From a virus (Duplodnaviria; Caudoviricetes), in the IMG/VR virus record IMGVR_UViG_3300008952_000239, positions 1 through 27,983 of that record: 27,983 nucleotides of DNA, one strand, 5' to 3'. The position numbers were made by a program, and so were the translations under genes. The notes under the pieces were generated by a model. It was not told the origin of the DNA. It saw nothing but the letters and a program-made list of their open reading frames with translations, and ran no database searches. Below are positions 1 to 10,400 of the stretch, piece after piece; position 1 is the first letter of the stretch, and each line of letters starts with the position of its first letter.

Positions 1-2925
1 TATTTCAGTAAATATCTCTCCATCAAATGCATCATTTCCCACGCCTGAGAGCATTGAAACTACTTCATCAGATATCTTGCTATCGTCATTTAAGTCTCTC
101 ATTATTGCCAAAAGCTGTGTCGTCTTAGCTTCGTCAAACTTAAAAAATACGTTAGATGTAATATCAAGACTTGCTTCAGCAGTATCATATTCGCTAAGAT
201 TAATTGCCTCTGCCTTTGTTATCGGACTTGCAATCAGGGTATCAATCTGTCCTGGGCCCCTCGAACTTGATGACTCAGTCTGCTCTGCGTAAGATGCAGA
301 TTTTGTTGCTGATGTCGAAGTCGAAGAATCCTCGCTGGTTACTGCAAAATCTCCTACATCCATTCCTATAAGCAGCTGACTATCAGTAAACTCTGATAAG
401 ATATCAGATATGATAAACATTATTGCTCTTCTTCTTAAAGCATCTGACCAGCCCCTATAGTCTGTCTCAATTCCTGCACCCATCGACTTAAGCGTTTCAA
501 CATAACTATCACTAAACTCTCCGTCACCCGGTGTCAGAATATTAACTGAATTTGATGTTGCTCTGTTCAGCCTCATAATGTCCCATTCTGTTAGGTTAGT
601 GCCTACAAGAGAGCTGCCTGTACTAGAGACCATATTTTTCTCAACAAGATCTTCATAGAAGCTGTCTAGAACTATTTGTGGAATATCAAAGATGCTCTCA
701 TTTCCTGATTCTGGTGAAAGTGTCATTAGAGCTAGGCCTACAGGTGTCTCCATAACATCAATGTTAGACTGTGCTATCTCATCGGCATCAACATCATAGG
801 GCTCACCCTTAAATGTGTCAATTGTTGTGCTTACTGACTGTGTTGCACTTTCCTTGTAAAGCCTTGTTCCTTCACCGAGATCACCCTCATCCTTTCCTGA
901 AAGAAATGCATTCCAGACATCGCTTGTCTCAGTTACATCTATAATCTTTTGAGCAAGATCTTTTGCTGCAGAATAAAACTGATCGTAAGATTGTTCAATC
1001 ATCAATATTTCTAAATCAGCCGCTATTGATGTCACACCTGTCGTTCCTTCTCCAGATAGCACACCTGATCCGGATCCGGCAATAGTCGGAAGAAGGCTCA
1101 TCTTCTTTGCAAGGTTCCTAAGATCAAGATATTTTGTCAGAAGATATCCAACTTCAGAATTATCAGCAGCTGTTATAGCTATTCCAAATCTAACAAATTC
1201 AAGAGCATCAGACTCTCCAATTGTTACACCCGATCCTGTTCCCCCTAGCATCTCTCCACTCGAAGACGAGTTATCTATTATAGAAAATCCTTGCTTCATT
1301 AGATAGTTTGCAAGATACTTTGTAAGATTTCTCCAAAGTGAATTAGAGCCTCTTGCACCTCCGATGAGAATCGGAACCATCTTTCTTAGACTGTCTGCCT
1401 TGCTTAGAAAATCGGTGGCAAAATCATTAAACCCTAGGCCAGAAGTATTGATGACCGTGGTGTCCTCGCGATTCTGCAGCCAGTTTATAAGATCTCCAGA
1501 AAATGCATCAAATCCGGCAATTCCATCACCAAATGAATCGTCTATTGAAAACTTTTCAAATGAAAGAATCTTACTACCGTCGCCGGTATCTGGATTCAAA
1601 AGTGATGCAATTGACTCAGTCGCTGGTGATGATGATAGCAGGTCACCCCCAATACTTCCAACAGTATCATCAATCAAGACTTTCAATCCAGGATTTTTTC
1701 CCTCTCCGTATACAGCACCATCTGTATCTTCTGTAATGCTAGCAGCATTCTGGAGGACATACAGTGTTCTCTTTCTAAAAGAAAGATTGACATCTCTTGT
1801 GATTAGTGCGCATATTGATGTAACCCTTTTAAAGAATTCAAGACCGGTGACACCGCTTCTAAATGATGTAAAGTCTGATTCAGAGATTGTTCCTACGTCG
1901 GTACCAGATGATTCAGAAGTAGTATTTAAAGAATTTAAACCAGATAAAATTTCTGCAAAAGCGTACTGTGTATCTTCATCGCCCATATCATCAATAACAT
2001 TATAGGGCTCCTCTACATCAGAGCTTCTTGAATCGCTTGCACCAATGGGGGAAAGTAAAATACTTCTTCTTAGGTCCTGGACTATTTGTGCAACCTGCCT
2101 GGTATTAGAGGCTGCTGTTAGCTCAGAATCCTCATATCCGCACACGTCTTGTAGGATATCTATAATAGTATCAAAATCTCCAATTTTATTTGATATGGAA
2201 AATCCTTGACTATCAGCTATCCCAAGACCTTCAGAATATTTTGCAAAAAATGATGATGAAGAGGGGGCGATATTTCTGAAATTTAATGCTGACCTAAGTT
2301 TGTCAAACATTTTATAAAGTAGAATATATCCGTCATCAAAAAGGTTCGTCCCTGCTCCCTCCATCAGTCTTCTAACAAAGTAAGAATAGTGTCCTATATG
2401 AGCAAGACCTGACATGAATTCAGAATAGCTTGTAAAGCTGGGAGAGGATGTTTCTGAAATTGATGATATCAGTGTGTCAACTACACCATTCTCATTCTTA
2501 ATTAAAGCCTGCAGACAATTTCTAGCAGCTTCTCTTGTAAGACTATCAAAAAGCATATTTTGATAAATTGCATTATAGACATTTGCATTAACAGCGGTAG
2601 ATTCTGACCCTTCTCCTGAATCTTTATAAAGTGGAACGAAGTCAAAAGATCCAATTATCTCAGGAGCGAGTGTCGAAAGACCAAGCGCGGATGCAGGATT
2701 TGTAAAGCTAGTAAGTGCATCATCTGTTGTTGAGATAAAGTTAACACTTCCCTCAATATCAGATACAGATGTCTGAACTGGTAAACCTGCTGTCTTTCCA
2801 ATTTCATCAAGAGACTTTCCAGATGTAACACTTACAGCTGGTCCAGCCGATATGCTTCTTGCAGCTGATAAGTCAGTTGAAGCCATTACGGGCGTTGTAG
2901 TTTGCATAGCGTCAATTGTTCCCAT
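1..2925 (-). CDS. Large acidic Ser/Thr-rich hypothetical protein (>975 aa), probable virion structural protein; 3' end lies beyond the left edge
   Basis: Missing from the ORF track because it is open-ended. ATG at 2925 (MGTIDAMQTTTPVMASTDLSAARSISAGPAVSVTSGKSLDEIGK...) follows AGGAAG, which overlaps the TAG of the upstream gene. No in-frame stop was seen in the stretches read (1-1020 and samples further on); the frame ends ...GNDAFDGEIFTEI at base 1. Function is inferred from its position in the structural operon. Confidence 0.85.
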   Translation of the reverse strand, partial: MGTIDAMQTTTPVMASTDLSAARSISAGPAVSVTSGKSLDEIGKTAGLPVQTSVSDIEGSVNFISTTDDALTSFTNPASALGLSTLAPEIIGSFDFVPLYKDSGEGSESTAVNANVYNAIYQNMLFDSLTREAARNCLQALIKNENGVVDTLISSISETSSPSFTSYSEFMSGLAHIGHYSYFVRRLMEGAGTNLFDDGYILLYKMFDKLRSALNFRNIAPSSSSFFAKYSEGLGIADSQGFSISNKIGDFDTIIDILQDVCGYEDSELTAASNTRQVAQIVQDLRRSILLSPIGASDSRSSDVEEPYNVIDDMGDEDTQYAFAEILSGLNSLNTTSESSGTDVGTISESDFTSFRSGVTGLEFFKRVTSICALITRDVNLSFRKRTLYVLQNAASITEDTDGAVYGEGKNPGLKVLIDDTVGSIGGDLLSSSPATESIASLLNPDTGDGSKILSFEKFSIDDSFGDGIAGFDAFSGDLINWLQNREDTTVINTSGLGFNDFATDFLSKADSLRKMVPILIGGARGSNSLWRNLTKYLANYLMKQGFSIIDNSSSSGEMLGGTGSGVTIGESDALEFVRFGIAITAADNSEVGYLLTKYLDLRNLAKKMSLLPTIAGSGSGVLSGEGTTGVTSIAADLEILMIEQSYDQFYSAAKDLAQKIIDVTETSDVWNAFLSGKDEGDLGEGTRLYKESATQSVSTTIDTFKGEPYDVDADEIAQSNIDVMETPVGLALMTLSPESGNESIFDIPQIVLDSFYEDLVEKNMVSSTGSSLVGTNLTEWDIMRLNRATSNSVNILTPGDGEFSDSYVETLKSMGAGIETDYRGWSDALRRRAIMFIISDILSEFTDSQLLIGMDVGDFAVTSEDSSTSTSATKSASYAEQTESSSSRGPGQIDTLIASPITKAEAINLSEYDTAEASLDITSNVFFKFDEAKTTQLLAIMRDLNDDSKISDEVVSMLSGVGNDAFDGEIFTEI

Positions 2926-2935
2926 TTTAAACTTC

Positions 2936-5830
2936 CTATTGAATAGTAACAGATCCCATAGTACTTATGGATCCTTGTGTGTAATCAGAGAAAACTGGCA
3001 CTATGCTATACTCAACATCACCAAGAATTCCGCTCTGTGATTCATCTGTATATTCAAATCCAGCTGTCTTGGAGATTGCATGATGAGTTCCTACTGGAAC
3101 TGTGACTCCAAGCCTACTTGCCATAATGATAAAGTGATCTATTTTATCTATGCTTCCGTCCACTGTCCATTTAAGCTTAACGCCACCGCTTCTTCCCATC
3201 CTTGGCTTCTTTGCCTTGATTTTGATCTCTGTATCTGGTGTCTTAACTGTGACTGTTTTTGATATTCCTGTCATTCCCATTTCAAATGAATTTTCAGCGT
3301 GTCTAGATGCAAGAGCACCTCCGTACGAAAGTGTTCCATTTCTAATTGCAGTTGGAGATGTAAATTTCTGTGAGAAATTAAAGTTAATATCATTTGAAAC
3401 TGCGCTATTTGATCTTCCTGCAACTGTAAGTGCAGATGTTGACATTTTTTTAATATTTCTAGAGGGCTGTGTTGTTTTAATTTCACTAATTATATCATCA
3501 GGAATTCTTACAAGTGCATCAAACTTATACACATACTCCCGACCAGCGGCTGGCGCTGAAATTCCTCTCGTCTGGTCTCCCATGTCCTCAAAACGTTCAG
3601 TTGAAATTATTCCAAAATCTTCCTCTTCACCAGTTACAGTATCAAATCTTGTTACATTGAAAGCTGTTATATTTTCAAATTCACTCTTGATATCTTCAAT
3701 TTCTTCTGAATATAGGTCTGAAAGGCCTAAGTTTTCAAATGTGGTTTTAACCAAGTCAGCATCAGATGTAGGAATTTCTATTTTTGGAGAAATTGATACA
3801 ACATAAGAACCAACTTTTCCAGTGCTACGAACAGACGGATTTGATGATGAAACAGAGATATTTTCCTGGATTCGTGTTCTTGTAATGATTGTGCTGCTAT
3901 TTGAAATACGCTCGATTCCATCGGCAAAGACCATTTTGCACTTATACTCATAGGTGTTTCCATCGAAGACTAGTGTATCTAATAGCTGATATCTCTTACC
4001 GTTTCTGTACATAAGATCACCATTCTTAGGTGAAAGTGCTACAAACTTTCTATCTCCTGCTGTTATGTTTTTTCTTAAAAAATAAATCGATACTGGATTT
4101 CCAGCAACGCCCTTTGCTAAAACGTCTATTCCAGAAGTTGTATTTCTAGACATTAGGTTTACAATTCCAAGATTGCTTGCTGCCTTTAGATTTGGAGGTT
4201 TTGCTATTGATTTAACTACAGTATCTGAAAATGTTCCTAACATTCCGGTTCTAGAAATTGCAATGGCTCTAAATATTACTGTCTTTCCCGGGTGAGGATT
4301 TACAGATATCATGATAGAGTCTCCATTATATGTTGCATCGTATGTTCCAATTTCACTAAACCCAGATCCCTTTGAAAACGATGAGGGATCCATGGATTTT
4401 GAAAATAGTCTTATTTTTTTTCCGTTTGGATCCATTTGATTTAGTGCCACATTGATCACAGAGTCTTCAGACTGAAATGCAAAAATTGAAGGTGGTACCT
4501 TTAATCTGTATAGGTCTTCGATTTTCTGATTGTGATCTACGGTTCTTGTCTTTGTTTGAATGATTCTTCCAGATTTGTCAATTAAATCTATTACAGCATA
4601 GTATTTTCCAGGATCTGAAAGCTTAGACTGTGAAACTTGAATATCTGATGTAAACGTTGTTTTTTCTGATGTTGTATCAACCCTGGCGGAAACCATGCTA
4701 TTTGAAGAAATCTCATCGACGGTTGAGGGAGACTTTGAGGGAAATTTTTCAATACCAGCTCGAAGTGTACTAGATAGCTGATCAATATCATCATTCCTAG
4801 AATGACTCGCCAGTCTTTTTGAAGTTCCTGAAAAATTTTCTTCTGCAGAACATAAAATTTCTCCCATATCTCTGGAAACAATGCTTGTGGGAGATACACC
4901 GTGACCAACTATGGCAGACCAGCTAGCCATCTTTGAAGTTGAGTCTATAGATGATCTTCCTAAATTTGAATTTCCTGATCTTTCAAGGATGCCTGCTAGA
5001 GAATCTTGACTAGTAGATTGACTAATATTTCTAAATCCTGTTGAATATGTCACTCTTCCTGATGAGTCAACCTCATACTCAACACTGGATTCTCCAATGT
5101 TTGAAAGAACACTCGGAGATGATTGCTGAACTAAGACAGTATCAAGAATTACAGATTCACTTAATGTAGACGATCTTGACACGCTACTGACAGGCTGTGC
5201 TGATATTTTATACCCTCCGTCGAAAAATATATCAGAGACTCTTCCACCTAGTGAAATTGAATCTCCAGTGTTGGAAGTAATTTTTGATTCTAATTTAGAT
5301 CTATAGAGTGCTTTTTTGGATTCATCGCTTACTGATGAATCAACAGACATAGTGGCTTCTCCTATTTGAGAATCAGCTTCTTGAATTTTGTTTTCTGAAA
5401 TAGCTTCCTTTAGTTGTATATGACTTTTTAATAGAGCAGTTGACAATGTAGAGTTCTTACCAAACGCTGCCTTCTTTTTATCAGATAGTGTCATTCCTCC
5501 TGACTGAGATGCATTTTTACTTCTTACGGGATCTATGCCAGAACTATCCTGAACAAGAGAGGTAAAAGTTTTTGATGTGGTTGATGTTACAGGCTCCATA
5601 TCTCCAGATGCTATTTTTCTAAAATCATTTGTAGGAGTTTGAGTTTTTGCAGGCAATAGTGATACTTTGACGCTAACGACATCATTATTTAAAAGATCAT
5701 TAGTTGTAGCATCTATTGAAAATTTATAATTGTATACAATGTCACCGGTCGAAGTTACTTCGCTACTTTCAATAGTACAGATACTATCTGAATCCTGGAG
5801 AGCTGAGATTGTCGGTAAGCTTACTTTCAT
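2936..5830 (-). CDS. Large structural protein (964 aa) with a Ser-rich N-half and several C-terminal fibronectin-III/Ig-like beta-sandwich repeats
   Basis: Long ORF coupled to the upstream gene by a TAATG overlap. Fn3-like signatures: LLDTLVFDGNTYEYKCKMVFADG, FEDMG...AGREYVYKFDAL, VKLKWTVDG...FEYTDE...VEYSIVPVF. Confidence 0.6.
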   Translation of the reverse strand: MKVSLPTISALQDSDSICTIESSEVTSTGDIVYNYKFSIDATTNDLLNNDVVSVKVSLLPAKTQTPTNDFRKIASGDMEPVTSTTSKTFTSLVQDSSGIDPVRSKNASQSGGMTLSDKKKAAFGKNSTLSTALLKSHIQLKEAISENKIQEADSQIGEATMSVDSSVSDESKKALYRSKLESKITSNTGDSISLGGRVSDIFFDGGYKISAQPVSSVSRSSTLSESVILDTVLVQQSSPSVLSNIGESSVEYEVDSSGRVTYSTGFRNISQSTSQDSLAGILERSGNSNLGRSSIDSTSKMASWSAIVGHGVSPTSIVSRDMGEILCSAEENFSGTSKRLASHSRNDDIDQLSSTLRAGIEKFPSKSPSTVDEISSNSMVSARVDTTSEKTTFTSDIQVSQSKLSDPGKYYAVIDLIDKSGRIIQTKTRTVDHNQKIEDLYRLKVPPSIFAFQSEDSVINVALNQMDPNGKKIRLFSKSMDPSSFSKGSGFSEIGTYDATYNGDSIMISVNPHPGKTVIFRAIAISRTGMLGTFSDTVVKSIAKPPNLKAASNLGIVNLMSRNTTSGIDVLAKGVAGNPVSIYFLRKNITAGDRKFVALSPKNGDLMYRNGKRYQLLDTLVFDGNTYEYKCKMVFADGIERISNSSTIITRTRIQENISVSSSNPSVRSTGKVGSYVVSISPKIEIPTSDADLVKTTFENLGLSDLYSEEIEDIKSEFENITAFNVTRFDTVTGEEEDFGIISTERFEDMGDQTRGISAPAAGREYVYKFDALVRIPDDIISEIKTTQPSRNIKKMSTSALTVAGRSNSAVSNDINFNFSQKFTSPTAIRNGTLSYGGALASRHAENSFEMGMTGISKTVTVKTPDTEIKIKAKKPRMGRSGGVKLKWTVDGSIDKIDHFIIMASRLGVTVPVGTHHAISKTAGFEYTDESQSGILGDVEYSIVPVFSDYTQGSISTMGSVTIQ

Positions 5831-6801
5831 TAACTGGCCTTGTCAAAGATTATAGTAAATAAATTAACAAATGTTGGTTGTCCCACACTATCGATAAATA
5901 TCTTTCCCGCAAAAAATGCATGCTTCATAGATCCATCATCAAGTGTGAATATGCCAAAATCAATAACATCAAGCTTTTTCAAGCTGGATCCGACTATCCC
6001 ACCTGATTCAAAGAATTGACACATAAGATTTTTAGAGTTACTCGTCTTGGTAAATTTAATAGTCTTATACTGTGGAATACTTTCTTCACTAGGATATCCT
6101 GGCCATAGTTTTTGAAGTAGATCATACCACGTATCGACTCTTCTTTGATTTATGTCTGTATATTCACCGAAAGATTCTGCTATTCCTGATGTAGATCTAT
6201 CAGAAGATATCATAGGGGGCAAAAATGCAAAATTTGTAATGTGACCAAGTCTGTAATCCATAAAGAGCGGCTCAATGTTGTCTAGGCTAATTGATGCAGT
6301 GTCAGGATCAGAAAATGGAGATGTGTTTGATATATAAAATTCAACAAAGTTTGCGTCTGTCTCAAATTCACTATCATCTAAAAGGGTCTTTGATCCAATT
6401 GTCTGAAGGCTTTTAAAATTATTAATTGATGATGAAAGAACTCCATCTACGAGGCTTGAAAAAATAGATCCACTTGTAACAGGTTCGAGTCTTCCGTCTG
6501 CTGATCCTGAATAGATTGTACCATCAGATCCAACCTCTATGTCCCCACCCGTAAATGCTATTAAGTTTCCAGAGTCATCTGTTTCAAATGTAATCTGGTC
6601 TCTAGGTAGAGATGTACATTCAAATAGAATTCTATCTGAAGCATCTGCTGATCCGCTTGCAATGTCTCCTTGATAGAATGTATGACCGTCTGTAAATGTT
6701 GCAAATTCAATTTTTAATTTACCAGAAGTAATCTGACGCTTTCCTTCCTCGGTTACAATAACATCCATTATCCGAAGCTTATTATCTAATATACCTGCCA
6801 C
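5830..6801 (-). CDS. Virion protein (323 aa) with an N-terminus resembling tail-collar/fibre attachment domains
   Basis: GTG start with a GAGAGGT Shine-Dalgarno. The N-terminal ILDNK..IMDVIVTEEGKRQITSGKLKIEFATFTDG resembles the 'lT..Gr..la.g...i..fa.gD' start of phage fibre/baseplate proteins. Confidence 0.5.
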   Translation of the reverse strand: MAGILDNKLRIMDVIVTEEGKRQITSGKLKIEFATFTDGHTFYQGDIASGSADASDRILFECTSLPRDQITFETDDSGNLIAFTGGDIEVGSDGTIYSGSADGRLEPVTSGSIFSSLVDGVLSSSINNFKSLQTIGSKTLLDDSEFETDANFVEFYISNTSPFSDPDTASISLDNIEPLFMDYRLGHITNFAFLPPMISSDRSTSGIAESFGEYTDINQRRVDTWYDLLQKLWPGYPSEESIPQYKTIKFTKTSNSKNLMCQFFESGGIVGSSLKKLDVIDFGIFTLDDGSMKHAFFAGKIFIDSVGQPTFVNLFTIIFDKAS

Positions 6802-6816
6802 TATTACCTCTCTTCA

Positions 6817-6824
6817 CTAATTAT
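6817..6824 (-). promoter_or_regulatory. Candidate late-promoter motif ATAATTAG
   Basis: Lies 15 nt upstream of the 323-aa gene start and overlaps the upstream stop codon. It matches ATATTTAG upstream of the gp25-like gene. Confidence 0.3.
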
Positions 6825-7429
6825 GTGTTTGTGTCATATTCCCACACACAAGTCATCCTTACTTTTCCAGAAGTGCTAGCGTATGGATCAATTGATACGG
6901 CAACAGTGTCTCCTGAGTTAAATGTTGAGCTTGAAAAGGAATAAGTCTTAGATGTATTTGCAGTTATTAATGATGATGTCTTGGACTCAGTGGCTGATGC
7001 GCTAACGCTCTCAGTTCCATTCGGACCCTTGTGAAAAGCAATTGTTGTTGCATGACCCAGTGAAGAACCCCACGCAACGTTTACCTTTATCATGACCTCC
7101 TTAAGCTGACCGTCGTGCGGGGCTTGAAATCCCACTTGTTGATCAGTTACAGTTGCTGTCTCTACTAATGAGTTCATGGGAACATAATTCACACTAGTTG
7201 ACGCTATTGTAAAGTTATGATGTGTATAGTGAAGTATTTTTCCGTTAATATTATCAGTTACCTTGAGACTTCCTGATATGACATTGACATGATTGAATTC
7301 ATCATCATCTAGCCCAATCTGGATCCTATTGGGAAATGTTGTTACATCAATATCTCCCTCGTCAGAACCAGATCTCACTGTGATTGATTCTACTTTTCTT
7401 AAGTCAGATGCTGTTAGGTCTGTTGACAT
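6821..7429 (-). CDS. Short tail-fibre/receptor-binding-like protein (202 aa) with a C-terminal beta-sandwich
   Basis: The C-terminal FQAPHDGQLKEVMIK...FNSGDTVAVSIDP...VRMTCVWEYD pattern resembles jelly-roll tip domains of phage fibre proteins. Ser/Thr-rich. Confidence 0.5.
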   Translation of the reverse strand: MSTDLTASDLRKVESITVRSGSDEGDIDVTTFPNRIQIGLDDDEFNHVNVISGSLKVTDNINGKILHYTHHNFTIASTSVNYVPMNSLVETATVTDQQVGFQAPHDGQLKEVMIKVNVAWGSSLGHATTIAFHKGPNGTESVSASATESKTSSLITANTSKTYSFSSSTFNSGDTVAVSIDPYASTSGKVRMTCVWEYDTNT

Positions 7430-7438
7430 TATGCTCTA

Positions 7439-10400
7439 CTAAAATTTTCCACCAAGCTTTGTAGACGGCGTTTGTGTTGCAGTTCTTACAGATGTTGCAA
7501 GATCTCCCTTCACAACTGCAACTATCTTAAGCTCTGTTGGATTCGTAACATTGATAATCTCTCCGTCTATATACGGAATAGATGAAGTTGCAGCATAGCT
7601 CATATTAGAGCATGTTGTCAAATACGGACTTACTTCTTCATTTGAACTAGAAAGAGTAAACTTGCACATAACGACAGGATCAGCGACTGTAGATGTGCTA
7701 CTCGTTCCCGTCTTTGATGCTATTTTAATAAGATCACTATCACTTAGCCGTGGTTCATAAAATCTTCCATCTGTCCTTTGCTCAAGCATATCTCTAAATT
7801 GTCCGTATCTATCTCTTCTAAATACAACGGTTGGAAATTCAGGAACTATATTTTGAATTCCGTATCTAAAGCCTGTGGATCCAGTAGCTTGCGGATGTGA
7901 ATGATCATATGAATTAACTGTGTACTCAAACGTCTCTGCTCCATGCCAGGGAGTATAGTAAGTTGTAATATCACCGCCCCTGAACCCTATTTGGAAAAGA
8001 AGCTGTTTTATCTGCAGCTGTGAATTTTTTCCGTATAGAAATCCCATGCCAGAGAAGCCATCACCCCTTCCTACAATCTGCATACTAGTAGTGTCATCTA
8101 ATTTTCTTTCTGGATTTCCTTCATATGGAAACGGCATTGTTGATCTAGTACTTTCACCATGAGGATGACTTTCAATATAAAACTCAGGTGGATCAAAAAC
8201 TATTGCTGGAACAGCTGAGCCTGATGTGAGCATTGTAGCACCGGCTCTCTTTGCATATTCTTGAATGTCTGGCATGATTGTGTCATAAAATCTCTGAGCA
8301 AAATCAATATGTGTCACTGATCTCTGAAATGATCCGGCTCTATTTGGTGCGGTTCCCTTTATAAAGCTTCCAGCAATCCCCCTCATTTCTGAAAGTGGGG
8401 CATATTTTCCATCATTATCAGCTGCATTATTATGGGGCCACGGCTCAGCTATCATTGTACCTGTAACATAATTGTCAACATAGGTTCCAGCATTTGCCGC
8501 CTCAGAAGAAATATCCCACTGATCAACGATTGGTTCAAATATTGCCTCGTGAATAGCATCAGATGAGAGGGGCTGATTAAGTGAGTGGTGATGCTCCACA
8601 CCATCCTTTACTAGAGAGCCATAGAATACAATTGTGTGCCTATTTTCAGTCTGGGGTATCTCTAGATAGGAGCCTGTTAGTGCATTTTGTCCGCCAAAAC
8701 CTCCTCCGCTATTTCCAGATCCGGTTAGCTCAGATATGTTTCCAGGTGCTATGGCAGCCTCTAGTCCGAAGACTATCTCATCTTCAGGAAAAAGAAGATA
8801 AGGTGAAACTGCCGACTGATTCTGATTTGGTGTAGTTGATAGTCCGAGCTCTGCAGCTGCATTGGTCGCAAATATTGTTCGAGAGGATTGTAGCGGTCCC
8901 AAGGGCTTTAATGTCCTTGGGTCAATAATCTCAATGGGAAGATTTCTTGCAGCAAATGCTTCATTTGGAAATCCAGTGGCAGAGGCTGCTGCAACATGCT
9001 CCTCATAATATTGCTTAAATGTAAATCCATCATTTCCCCCATAGGATGCGTCAATTCCTACTTTTCCTGTGTATTCTGATGGGTAGACACTATCATAGTC
9101 AGACATCAGCATGCCAGCTCGGGGACCCCCATGCATGAATGGTTTTACAGAGGTTCCTCCGGGCCAATAGTGATAGACCGCCTTAGGGGTGGATGTTGTC
9201 CTGCCAGCTGTAATTGTTGCACTGGGTAATACAGACCTTCCCTTAAATCCCCTTCCAGCAGTTGCAGGTTGAATCTCTAGATTTAAAGATCCTGTGTACT
9301 GGAGGACTAGTTGACTACCAGTTGGGCCCTGCTCAATAGCAAAATCATGTGAGAATGCTGGTGAATTAATTGGCTTATAGAGATAGTGACCGTCAGTGCT
9401 TCTATCTTGAGAAGTACCAGCCATTGTGTAGCAGTGACTATTGTAGAATGACATAACACCGCTACAGATTAAAAATCTTTGACTTCCTGAGAAATCTGCA
9501 GCTGAATCAACTCTAAAAGACTTAGATGGCGTGGGAGTATTCGGGCTTCCTCCTCTGAAACTTCCGCTTATATTTGCCCTCTCCTGTCTGTAGATAAAGA
9601 AAACATAGTCATCTTGGTGTCGATTTGCTGATCCCTCTCTAGGCCTAGAGTGAACCCTCTGTGCCCGACCCTCCATCTTGACAACAACCTTCTCCAGTAA
9701 GAATGGATGTGATATGTAGTCAGACATTCTAATCGTATTACTACTTGTAGCGTGGTATATTGTCTTAAAGGGTGCAAAAGATGTAATCGTTGGTGATCCA
9801 ATAAGGTGATAAAACGATGACTTGAGCAGTCCGCTTAGTCCGACATTGTGTGAGCTTGTGGCGTCAAGAACACTATCTGTAATTACCTGGTGATTACAAG
9901 GAACAAACTGCTGTGGATACATGTTTGTGCCAGATGTGCACGAGTTTATTTCTGTGGTTCCTCCCTTAATGGCATAGTCGTACCTTATGGGCTGACCTGT
10001 AAGGGGGTCAGTAAGACCAATCTGATCCCACTTTCTAGCAGTATTATTCCAGTACGCAAAGCCTGTCTTAGAGAGCTTTGTAGCTGAGAGGTTTGGCTCA
10101 AGAAGAACATTTCTATGCCTATTCGCTCTTGTGAGCGTTAGTGGGACAGCTTCGTCACCGGAGGGAGTTATATCAAAGAATATGGAGGTCTTACTCTTTA
10201 GCGGAGATGTAAATCCATCCATAATCTCTCTTTTGGTTCCTGTCATGTAGAAGTCAGTATCTTGATGGTCTATAAGACTATCATCATATGGCCCAAGTGA
10301 TTCTCCAGGCGTAAATTCAACACGGGCATCTGAAATACCTTTTCTCAGAGATCTTGTAATTGTTCCAATTGAGCTCGTTGGATATATAAAATTTGGTGAG

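Noticed and set aside
77-3806. Plus-strand ORFs such as 1364..2005 and 3150..3806 (and similar ones across the window)
   Set aside because: They are antisense shadows of long minus-strand genes, with Ser/Ile/Pro/Phe-biased translations and no recognisable motifs.
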